A DNA stretch of 64,000 bases, from assembly GCA_051599415.1 (NCBI GenBank), contig AP039694.1:124001-188000 (forward strand), read 5' to 3'. Shown here piece by piece: positions 55,697 through 64,000 of the stretch; the stretch's first letter is position 1; every line of letters begins with the position of its first letter. A program made the translations under genes and the position numbers. This DNA comes from Savitreella phatthalungensis. Taxonomy: Eukaryota. Under the pieces are notes generated by a model, which worked only from the letters and a program-made list of their open reading frames with translations, was not told the origin of the DNA and searched no databases.

Positions 55697-56647
55697 ATGA
55701 GCGATACAGAAGATTCGCCCATCAAGGCAGTCGCAGAATCTGCTGCGGCAGCTGCAGCAGCAGCACCTGCGCCCAAATCAGCCTTGAGCGGTATCAAGTC
55801 GTTTGTGAGTGGTGGATTCGGTGGTATCTGCTGTGTCCTCGTCGGTCATCCTTTCGATCTGATCAAGGTCCGGCTGCAGACTGCAGAGAAGGGAATGTAC
55901 ACTGGCACGCTGGATGTTGTCAAGAAGACACTCGCTCGGTCTGGACCGACGGGACTGTATGCAGGTGTGTCGGCACCTCTGCTGGGCGTCACTCCGATCT
56001 TCGCCATGTCCTTCCTCGGCTACGACATGGGCAAGGGCATCGTCCGAAGACTGTCGGAAGTGGACGAGAAGAAGGGATTCACAGTCGGTCAATCTGCAGC
56101 CGCAGGTCTCTTCTCCGCCATCCCATGCACAGCCGTCACAGCACCCTTCGAGCGCGTCAAGGTCCTTCTCCAGGTCCAAGGCGACTCGAAGAAGTACAAC
56201 GGCACGTTTGATGTCATCAAGCAGCTCTACAAGACCGGCGGTATCAGATCGGTCTTCAGAGGTTCCGTGGCTACGTTTGCGAGAGACGGTCCTGGATCTG
56301 CTGCCTACTTTGCATCGTACGAGATCATCAAGCGTAACCTGACGCCGACAAAGGCAGATGGATCACCTGGAGACTTGTCACTGAGCGCTGTCGTCGTCGC
56401 CGGTGGTATGGCTGGTGTGGCGATGTGGACGCTGGTGTTCCCGCTCGACACGGTCAAGAGCGCACTCCAGGCGTCCGAGGGCAGCACCCTCGGCGGCGTC
56501 ATCCGCCAGATCCACGGCAGAGGCGGCGTCAAGGCATTCTTCCCCGGACTCGCACCGGCACTCATGAGATCCTTCCCAGCCAACGCAGCCACCTTCCTCG
56601 GCGTCGAAGTCGCCAACCAATTCCTCGAAAAGTCTCTCGGCTGGTAA
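55697..56647 (+). CDS. CRC1: Mitochondrial carnitine/acylcarnitine carrier
   Basis: Three carrier repeats (GHPFDLIKVRLQ, APFERVKVLLQ, FPLDTVKS), RDGPGSAAYF, RSFPANAATF. Confidence 0.92.
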   Translation: MSDTEDSPIKAVAESAAAAAAAAPAPKSALSGIKSFVSGGFGGICCVLVGHPFDLIKVRLQTAEKGMYTGTLDVVKKTLARSGPTGLYAGVSAPLLGVTPIFAMSFLGYDMGKGIVRRLSEVDEKKGFTVGQSAAAGLFSAIPCTAVTAPFERVKVLLQVQGDSKKYNGTFDVIKQLYKTGGIRSVFRGSVATFARDGPGSAAYFASYEIIKRNLTPTKADGSPGDLSLSAVVVAGGMAGVAMWTLVFPLDTVKSALQASEGSTLGGVIRQIHGRGGVKAFFPGLAPALMRSFPANAATFLGVEVANQFLEKSLGW

Positions 56648-57700
56648 ACGGCTATGCACCTCTATTGACACTACACCCAATAACTTTCCTGCGAGCAACC
56701 TGAGATGGCCATGGCGCACAATTTGAGTACTTGTTTTCTACACACTCTAATTTTCTGCATGTCATGCCTTCGAAACTGCATGCTGCAATGCACCCAATAG
56801 AGTCGAGACTGATGATAGAGTTAGACAAAAATACGATGCGGAAAGAGATGATTATTCTGTGTTTGGCTGTGATTGAATGTGAGGTGTGAGTACAGAACGG
56901 CGAAATTGAAATACAGGTTCCCGGACAATCAATTGACTACTGAAGGGTTTGCACATGCTTCGTGAGCTCGCTCACTTGTTTGAAAACCGTGTACAGCTGC
57001 TCGATCAGTCATGATATGATTCCGAAAGACTCGACAGACTCAAACTCAGACTCAAATACCATGGACCGTGTGATTCACAGTGTATCGCTGCTCTGTCTGT
57101 GGTGTCAGGAAAGAAGAGTTGTGTCGTCATGCACGTGATGGCTGATTCCGTCGATATGTGTTACTATAAATGGCTAGAATTCTGTAGCTAAATCGAATCC
57201 TCTCGTGGTGTGAAACAATCTTCATGCTGCATGTGAAAGGTAGTGGATCGTACTGAATTAGAGTTTACTATTCCCCCTTCCTTTGACCGACGAGAGATAC
57301 ATCTTCGATTGCATTGTGGATGTGTGGCAGGAGGGGGAAATGGCAGAAACCTAGATTGAGTGTTTCTTTGGCGGTCCAGAAGTCTAGCCAACGCTTCTCT
57401 CGGCTTTCTATTCTATGTTCTTCTACTCTTTTTCTCTTTCTTTCGCATATCAAGAATTTCAGCATTCTGAGCAAAGTTAGATAGGAACGCAAATCGGGGA
57501 AATAGGTATTGCATCAGCACGAGCAAAATTAATCTTCATCAGGGGACCAAATCGAGTGCAGACTAGATACACCAAGCAAGCTCTGATTCGGAACTGAGGG
57601 GCGATCCGTTTACAGAGTCAATTCTCATTTCATCTATCCGAAAAACACACATTTTAACAGGAGCTGCGGACGGTGAGAGTAGAAGGGGGAGACCTGGATG

Positions 57701-58857
57701 CAGGGAGACACACGCACCCATACTCACTCCCACATCCGCTTCCACTTCCACATCCACTTCCACATCTACATCCACATCCACATCCGCACAGACGTACGCG
57801 CACGGGATCAGCACTCCAGTCACTCTCTCTCTCTACCCAGTCAATCACTCACTCACTCAGTTACTCTCTGACTCAATCGCTCTCCCAGACGCGTATCCAT
57901 CCCAGTCTCCACCTCCTGCCAGACGATCTCTGCCTGCGTTGCCTGCTGTCTGCCTGCCAGCAAGCAATACCCGATCATCGTCAATCTGACGAACGATCGA
58001 TCGAACGAACCCTTTCCAAGCTGGCGATCCAGTCCAGTCGAATCCAATCCAATCCAATCGAATCCACATCGATCGATTGAGTCAGACCTCCTCTTCCATC
58101 GATCGCAATTCACGCACAAACACCCGAGCGCACGCGCCAACAATCACCATCTATCCATCCATCCATCCATCTATCTATCTATCCATCCATCCAGCAGGAA
58201 ACTGATTCACTCACTCTCTCCAACCATCCATCTCTTTCACTCTACCGATCATTCCCCACCAACCTGTCGCTGCAGGAACTTCCATCTCGAACAAGCTACA
58301 CACACTGTGCTGACACACTTACACTCTCACTCACACTCACGCACACGTCCATCCACCATCCATCACTCCACTCAGGGCTCCACTATCTTCCACTCTCTAT
58401 AGTCTCCGATTCATCCTCCTTCGAACAAGCACTCTTGCTCTCCTTCCACCTCAAACTCAACAATTACTCCACCTTGCGAACAGTTTTCAACCCTCCAAAT
58501 CTTCCACCAACGCAAAACGCGATTCCCAGATATTCGATCAACCTCAGGCGTAGCGCAAGCACTCTCATAGCCTCACGCATCACTCAAAGATTAACAAAAG
58601 ACGCGATCATCGGCATCTTTTCACTTCGCGCTTGCATCGCAACAAAACATTACTCTAATCCACTTCTGATTCAGAGCGCAGTCACTCTCTCAGCGCTCAG
58701 ACAGGACGAAAGTACGAGGCACGCTTGGAGAAGATCCCAATTGATCCTGACTATCCATTCGGCGGCTAGCCAAGACTCCGAGGCCCCATTAGCGAGATCG
58801 AGCAATCTACACGGTTGACCTCGTCTCCCTCAGCTCAAATCCAAAACACGTCACATC
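57701..58857 (+). promoter_or_regulatory. Putative AUG-free, C/A-rich 5' leader of TUP1 with hexa- and tetranucleotide repeats
   Basis: No + strand ATG after 57698 until 58858. CCACAT/CCACTT repeats ~57730-57786; ATCC/ATCT repeats ~58148-58192. Confidence 0.6.
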
Positions 58858-60765
58858 ATGAATTCCTACCACGGCAGACATGTCCGGGACGCTCCAGGTT
58901 CACGCCTGCTAGAACTCCTGGACGCCATCAAGGCAGAATTCGACACAGTCTCGCAAGAGGCAGGCGCCTACAAGACCTACAAGGACGATTACGAGCACAA
59001 GATCGCGTCTCAGATTCAGGAAATGCAGGCAGTTAGGCAGAATATTTACGAGCTTCAGATCGCACACGAGAAGATGCGTCAAGGCTACGAAGAGGAAATC
59101 TCAAAGCTTCGGCGAGAGCTCAAGGCAAGAACAGGCGGCCCATCAGGTCCACAACATGGACCGGGTTCATCCGTATACGACGGCAGCAACAACAATTCCA
59201 GCGCTAATAATGACTCTCACGCCCCGCGACCGAATCTCGGCAACGGCGCACCTAGCATGTTCGGCTCACTCATGTCTGGAGGCCCGGGACAGCCGCAACA
59301 GCAGCAACAGGGTCCTCCAGGCCAGCTTCCCCCGACACATGCCTCACACCCGAGCGAGCCATCACACTACAGCAACGGTGCAGGTGGCCCACCGCCGCAC
59401 ATGCCTCCTGGCCCGCCTCCGGGTGTCGATGAGAAGCCGCCATACGGCAGAGGGCCTGGAGGTCCACCTCCGCCGCCGATTGGCGGAGGCGCTGGACCAT
59501 ATGGGCAGTCAACCGGCCCACCTCCGCCAGGACCTCACTCTCTTGCGCCATCGTCATCGCTTCCTCCTGGTGCTCAGCCATCCCAGCAGCTGCCACCGGT
59601 TCAGAGTGCGCCAACAGCACAAGCTCCCTCAGCTGGGCCGCCATCAGGTCCACCGGCAAGCACTTCTGCTGGAGGACCTCCTCCTGGCCCAGGCGCCGGA
59701 AATGCATCGTCTCTTGCGCCGAAATCCGCCTTCAGTGACCTCGACATCGACCAGGTGCCACGAGAGATGAAGAAGGAAGGATCAGACTGGTTCGCCGTGT
59801 TCAATCCAAATGTCCCACGAACGCTCGACGTGAATCTCGTCCACACGCTCGAGCACAACTCGGTCGTATGCTGCGTCAAATTCTCTGCAGATGGAAAGTA
59901 CCTCGCCACAGGTTGCAACCGCTCTGCCATCATTTTTGACTCGAAGACCGGTGCCAAGGTCGCAGTGCTCGAAGACGAGAATGCGTCAATGGAGGGTGAC
60001 CTGTACATCCGGTCTGTCGCCTTCTCTCCTGACGGCACTCAGCTTGCCACCGGTGCTGAGGACAAGCAAATTCGCATTTGGGACATTGCAGCCAAAAAGG
60101 TTAGACATGTCTTCTCCGGCCACGAGCAGGACATCTACTCGCTCGACTTTTCTCGCAACGGCCGCTTTGTTGCCAGTGGCTCAGGTGACCGGACAGCACG
60201 TATCTGGGACCTAGAGAGCGGCCAGCAGGTGCTCACGCTATCGATCGAGGATGGTGTGACGACCGTGGCCATCTCTCCCGACGGTAACTACGTCGCTGCC
60301 GGCTCGCTCGACAAGATTGTGCGGGTCTGGGACGCAAAGACTGGATACTTGGTGGAACGTCTCGAAGGCCACAAGGACAGTGTCTACTCTGTCACTTTCT
60401 CGCCAAATGGCAAGGACCTCTACTCTGGCTCGCTCGACAAGACGATCAAGATGTGGGAGCTCTCTTCCCCACGTGGTATGCCAATGGGCAACACACCAAA
60501 GGGTGGCGTCTGCCGAACCACTTTCTCCGGCCACAAGGACTTTGTCCTGAGTGTCGCGCCTTCGCCAGATGGCCAATGGCTCATCTCGGGCTCCAAGGAC
60601 AGATGCGTCCACTTCTGGGATCCACGGACTGCGCAGATGCAACTCCTGCTCCAAGGTCACAAGAACTCCGTCATCTCCGTATCCGTTTCCCCTGCCGGGC
60701 CCTTGTTCGCCACCGGTTCAGGCGACTGCCGCGCCCGTATCTGGCAGTACGAATCGGTCCAGTAA
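58858..60765 (+). CDS. TUP1: General transcriptional corepressor Tup1
   Basis: Tup_N ([14 protein letters not shown]), P/G/Q-rich linker, WD40 domain ([56 protein letters not shown]). Confidence 0.97.
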   Translation: MNSYHGRHVRDAPGSRLLELLDAIKAEFDTVSQEAGAYKTYKDDYEHKIASQIQEMQAVRQNIYELQIAHEKMRQGYEEEISKLRRELKARTGGPSGPQHGPGSSVYDGSNNNSSANNDSHAPRPNLGNGAPSMFGSLMSGGPGQPQQQQQGPPGQLPPTHASHPSEPSHYSNGAGGPPPHMPPGPPPGVDEKPPYGRGPGGPPPPPIGGGAGPYGQSTGPPPPGPHSLAPSSSLPPGAQPSQQLPPVQSAPTAQAPSAGPPSGPPASTSAGGPPPGPGAGNASSLAPKSAFSDLDIDQVPREMKKEGSDWFAVFNPNVPRTLDVNLVHTLEHNSVVCCVKFSADGKYLATGCNRSAIIFDSKTGAKVAVLEDENASMEGDLYIRSVAFSPDGTQLATGAEDKQIRIWDIAAKKVRHVFSGHEQDIYSLDFSRNGRFVASGSGDRTARIWDLESGQQVLTLSIEDGVTTVAISPDGNYVAAGSLDKIVRVWDAKTGYLVERLEGHKDSVYSVTFSPNGKDLYSGSLDKTIKMWELSSPRGMPMGNTPKGGVCRTTFSGHKDFVLSVAPSPDGQWLISGSKDRCVHFWDPRTAQMQLLLQGHKNSVISVSVSPAGPLFATGSGDCRARIWQYESVQ

Positions 60766-61366
60766 GCGACCTAAAACGATCTTGTCGATTCTCACCAACT
60801 TGTCCATACTCCATCATTCCGATCACTCCCTCTCTTCTTCGTCAAGCTATTTGACGTTTTGCCGCCATCTATTACCTGGGTCACCCCCTTACCTCATCCG
60901 CCACACCCAAAGCGACAAAATCACTTCCTTCAAAGCAGATATCGTCAGCACGAATGAAGACCTTCATGATCCAATCTCAGCGGTCGACCCACGCTTGACT
61001 GTCATCTCATCCCGTCTGTTCTACACTAGCTCCAAACACATTCCAATTGAACTTCGTTTGTGTGATACATCGCCCCCGATCATGGGTCCTCATCGTATGA
61101 TGCCTCTTTTCGCAATCATGCATCCGTGCATGCATGCACGTGTACGTGCACGAGCATAACGTGTGGAGCCTGATACCCTGAAGTGCCACTGGTGCTAGTT
61201 CAAGGACAGGCTGAAGAGTCACCGACAATCACTCTTGACTACCGCTCTGGAGCCTTGAAGACCGGCAGTCGGGTATCTCTCATGTCGCTTGTGCTCTGCA
61301 TGACGGCACCGAAAGTGTCACAGGTTTGCGCTTGAGCACACGATATTGAGTATCGGCTTCGGTCAG

Positions 61367-62116
61367 ATGCCTGACAGACCCTCACAAGTTCTACCGGAGC
61401 ACATGGACTCAGCAGCATCAGGGTCAATCCTTCCGAAACTTGGCATTCCATCCGATCTAGATACAGTGATCGAAGACGGTCCGGATTCAGTCGAGAGTGG
61501 ACGCGGCCAAGCATCATCTCACGAGGAGGATCTGTCCGATGGGAGTTCGGAGGACATCCGCACTGTCGACGACTCTCCAAGGCGCTCGCGCTATTCGCGT
61601 CCGCCAAATCGTCAGGTAGGTGACCAGGATGACGATTCAGACGACTACAAGTCTTCTATGAATGGCAGCGATGACGATGCCACAGAATATCAAGACCCAA
61701 CATCGATTCTAGCCAAGCGGATTGCAAAAGACGTCAGACGAGCGGTCCGCGGCGTGCCACCAGAAGGCGAGCAGAATTCGGATGATGTGACAAGGGGCTC
61801 TGGCGAAACGGCTGTTGGAAGAATGCACGCAGCTGTTGAAGCGCAGCTTGGCGCGATTGAGATGCTGGACGATGCTCTGGCCCGTCTCGATCACCTCCTC
61901 ACGACAAGTCAACAAGACACACCGAGTCTCATTCGTGACCTCAAGCGCGGAGCTTCCACTGCGCTCTCACTCAAAACCAAGCTCACAGCCATCGCAGTAC
62001 ACATCGCCAAGATACAAGCACGCGCTGCGCAAGAGATCCCCGTCGAGTATCATGCGCAGCGTGAAGGAGCCATGATGCTCCACGTCGACGACGAAGACGA
62101 CTTATCAGAGCTGTGA
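61367..62116 (+). CDS. Putative KxDL-domain protein (BLOC-1/BORC Kxd1-like)
   Basis: Acidic disordered N-terminus. C-terminal helical segment ...LKTKLTAIAVHIAKIQARAAQEIPVEY resembles the end of the KxDL family domain. Confidence 0.5.
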   Translation: MPDRPSQVLPEHMDSAASGSILPKLGIPSDLDTVIEDGPDSVESGRGQASSHEEDLSDGSSEDIRTVDDSPRRSRYSRPPNRQVGDQDDDSDDYKSSMNGSDDDATEYQDPTSILAKRIAKDVRRAVRGVPPEGEQNSDDVTRGSGETAVGRMHAAVEAQLGAIEMLDDALARLDHLLTTSQQDTPSLIRDLKRGASTALSLKTKLTAIAVHIAKIQARAAQEIPVEYHAQREGAMMLHVDDEDDLSEL

Positions 62117-62326
62117 AGCTCACATGCCATAACCCACGACCAACGAAGTCCCTGTAGAATAGTCAAATGCATCCAATTGCCTGTATCCCATGCAAGTGCC
62201 TCCGAGCCCAGGGCATGACTCTTCCCGGCTCCACGTTAAACCGCAACTGATAAACTGTCCTTCTATGAGGCACACATCCACGCAACTGCAGTTCAGGTGA
62301 TTTCGGAGGCTATGAGGAGTCGTTAG

Positions 62327-63742
62327 ATGGTAGCTCGGGGAGGTACGAAGACGCCGGCGTCTGTACCGAGGTGCTATGTCACCACAGTCGCAGGTAATGT
62401 CGCGCCGAGGTCTGAACAAGAGCCGGAAAGTGAGAGACAAAAGCAGGACACCATAGACTGGCGGCGGATTTCACACTCCCTATCCCATACGCCTTTCGCT
62501 CTTGCGGTATCAATCACGTACCCTGTATCGATAGCAAGTGGGATCGACGATATGTTTGATAGGCACAAGGACATGCTTACCTACAGGCGCGTACGGTTAC
62601 CTCTACACGCTTGGGTCACCAACCCGTCCTTGATCAAAGCATGTCGAGCTGCTGCAGTCACAGCCATCGCATCTGCGCCCGTCACTGATGATGGCGCTGC
62701 ACGATATCTGTCGGTAGATTCGGGGAATGTGATTTGCATTGCAAGTCACGCACACGCGCCGCTCAATATCGCTTCTCAGCCGTCCGCCAAGCGCACGAAA
62801 CACGACCCAGCCACTCACGCCGGTGCACTCCTCATGATGTCTCTAGACAAGGAAACATACCAGCGCGCTGGCCTGACAGGCGTCAAGAGTACATTGAACG
62901 ACGGCAAGTACGTCGTTCGAATGCCCTTCCGTCCGCCACCGTCATCGACAGAGACAACTTCCACGAAGAGCCCGCTGAAAGACGGCGGTCTGCGTGCCAT
63001 CACTGCTATGCAGGAGCTTCCTGCATTCTCAGCAACTCGCGAATGGACAGCCATCATCGACGAATCTCACCTCATTTCGATATGTGGCGAAGACGCGGTG
63101 AAAGAGATCGATGCTGTGCTTGGTCCTTGCATTCCGCTCGACAAGACTACATCGATACCATTGAGGACCACCGTTCCAGACTTCACCAAGTTACACCGTC
63201 CTCAACACACAGAGCTGTCTAAAATTGCGGCCAGTGACGATGCTGATGGTGACAAAAACTGGATAGAGGCAGAAGCGTGGCGGGAGTATGTCGACGACGT
63301 ACTCTGTCATCTCAATTTGCTTTCGCGCGCAACAGTCGAGGGTGACTTCAACACAGCGATCGCAGAATCTGCGCGCGGATCGGTCGATCCTTATATCACC
63401 ACGTACACGTCGCCGTGCAACCACAGGACCGACACGAAGGACACAGTCAATGTCCTAACAACCACCTTCTCAGGCTCCATACCCGCGCACCTCACCATTT
63501 CACTCGTCGATGCGCTGATTCAGCTGTTGAATGCCTCGCAGTTGGACGAGCAGCCGTGGGCATGCGTCCATCTGACAGGCAATCCGGGAGCACCGATGGC
63601 CAAATTGCCGTACGAGCATGCAGCCGCAGGTCTCAGTGGATACGCAACAACGCTTCTACTCCACGGCGGACAAGTCGAGGGAAGCGTTGAATGGCCAGCG
63701 GCAGTATGCTGGGAAGTTGTGGGCGAAAGAGATGCTTACTGA
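62327..63742 (+). CDS. RPP40: RNase P/MRP subunit Rpp40-like
   Basis: LLMMSLDKETYQRAGLTG, SVDPYITTY, FSGSIP, PWACVHLTG and EH motif match the Ribonuc_P_40 family as recalled. Confidence 0.75.
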   Translation: MVARGGTKTPASVPRCYVTTVAGNVAPRSEQEPESERQKQDTIDWRRISHSLSHTPFALAVSITYPVSIASGIDDMFDRHKDMLTYRRVRLPLHAWVTNPSLIKACRAAAVTAIASAPVTDDGAARYLSVDSGNVICIASHAHAPLNIASQPSAKRTKHDPATHAGALLMMSLDKETYQRAGLTGVKSTLNDGKYVVRMPFRPPPSSTETTSTKSPLKDGGLRAITAMQELPAFSATREWTAIIDESHLISICGEDAVKEIDAVLGPCIPLDKTTSIPLRTTVPDFTKLHRPQHTELSKIAASDDADGDKNWIEAEAWREYVDDVLCHLNLLSRATVEGDFNTAIAESARGSVDPYITTYTSPCNHRTDTKDTVNVLTTTFSGSIPAHLTISLVDALIQLLNASQLDEQPWACVHLTGNPGAPMAKLPYEHAAAGLSGYATTLLLHGGQVEGSVEWPAAVCWEVVGERDAY

Positions 63743-63781
63743 ATCGGGGTTGTATTTCATGCTTGCTGTCTGTGAGTGATT

Positions 63782-64000
63782 CTACAACTTCGAGATCACC
63801 CCTTTCCGCCGGCGCTCGCCAGCCATCCTGAGCAAGGCGTAGAGCGACTGCGTCCTCGGCATCTCGATCCCACGTCTACGCGCAATCCTGACCGGGTTAC
63901 CCAGGATCACCTCGATCTCGAGCGGATTGCCGCGTTGCCAATCCAGCAGCATCGACGGCTTTCCTGACGTGTTGCGCTCCGTCGACTTGAGGATCGTATC
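63782..64000 (-). CDS. C-terminal part of a ketopantoate reductase (ApbA/PanE)-family protein with PTS1; continues beyond the window
   Basis: Manual translation: DTILKSTERNTSGKPSMLLDWQRGNPLEIEVILGNPVRIARRRGIEMPRTQSLYALLRMAGERRRKGVISKL*. PSMLLD...LEIEVILGN is the ApbA_C motif. Not in the ORF track. Confidence 0.85.
   Translation of the reverse strand, partial: DTILKSTERNTSGKPSMLLDWQRGNPLEIEVILGNPVRIARRRGIEMPRTQSLYALLRMAGERRRKGVISKL

Noticed and set aside
213..63967. The many 60-250 aa ORFs overlapping real genes on the opposite strand or in shifted frames
   Set aside because: Shadow ORFs expected in GC-balanced coding DNA; no recognisable motifs.
8619..64000. Peroxisomal gene cluster (BioF, Pex7, SKL-bearing reductase)
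   Set aside because: The genes are 25-30 kb apart and interspersed with unrelated housekeeping genes.

Overview
Gene-dense fungal (ascomycete) nuclear DNA. The Tup1, kinesin-1, GSK3 and formin sequences suggest a yeast-like or early-diverging ascomycete, but this is inference only. About 27 protein genes are supportable, nearly all housekeeping and readable as single ORFs. In order: Sec16 (5'-partial), DUF1640, eIF2B-beta, BioF, two tandem S8 subtilase-like genes, pyrimidine 5'-nucleotidase, formin, cardiolipin synthase, Cms1, Mo25/Hym1, Puf3, a small spliced ZNF706/DUF1909-type zinc-finger gene missed by the ORF track, Mod5, DUF2011-like, Neo1, Pex7, GSK3, Bfr1, Trs31, Mmm1, a VWA-like orphan, kinesin-1, carnitine carrier, Tup1, KxDL-like, Rpp40, and the 3' end of a PTS1-bearing ketopantoate-reductase-like gene. 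Most notable: (1) the two subtilase homologues look secreted, lack a prodomain, and have lost all three catalytic-triad residues; (2) very long, strand-specifically AUG-free stretches lie upstream of regulatory genes (about 1.95 kb for Puf3, 1.16 kb for Tup1, 0.72 kb for GSK3); (3) Mod5 has a candidate CUG-initiated mitochondrial presequence; (4) the hidden two-exon microprotein gene. No mobile element, RNA gene or CRISPR array could be supported. All calls come from reading the sequence by eye; no database searches were run.
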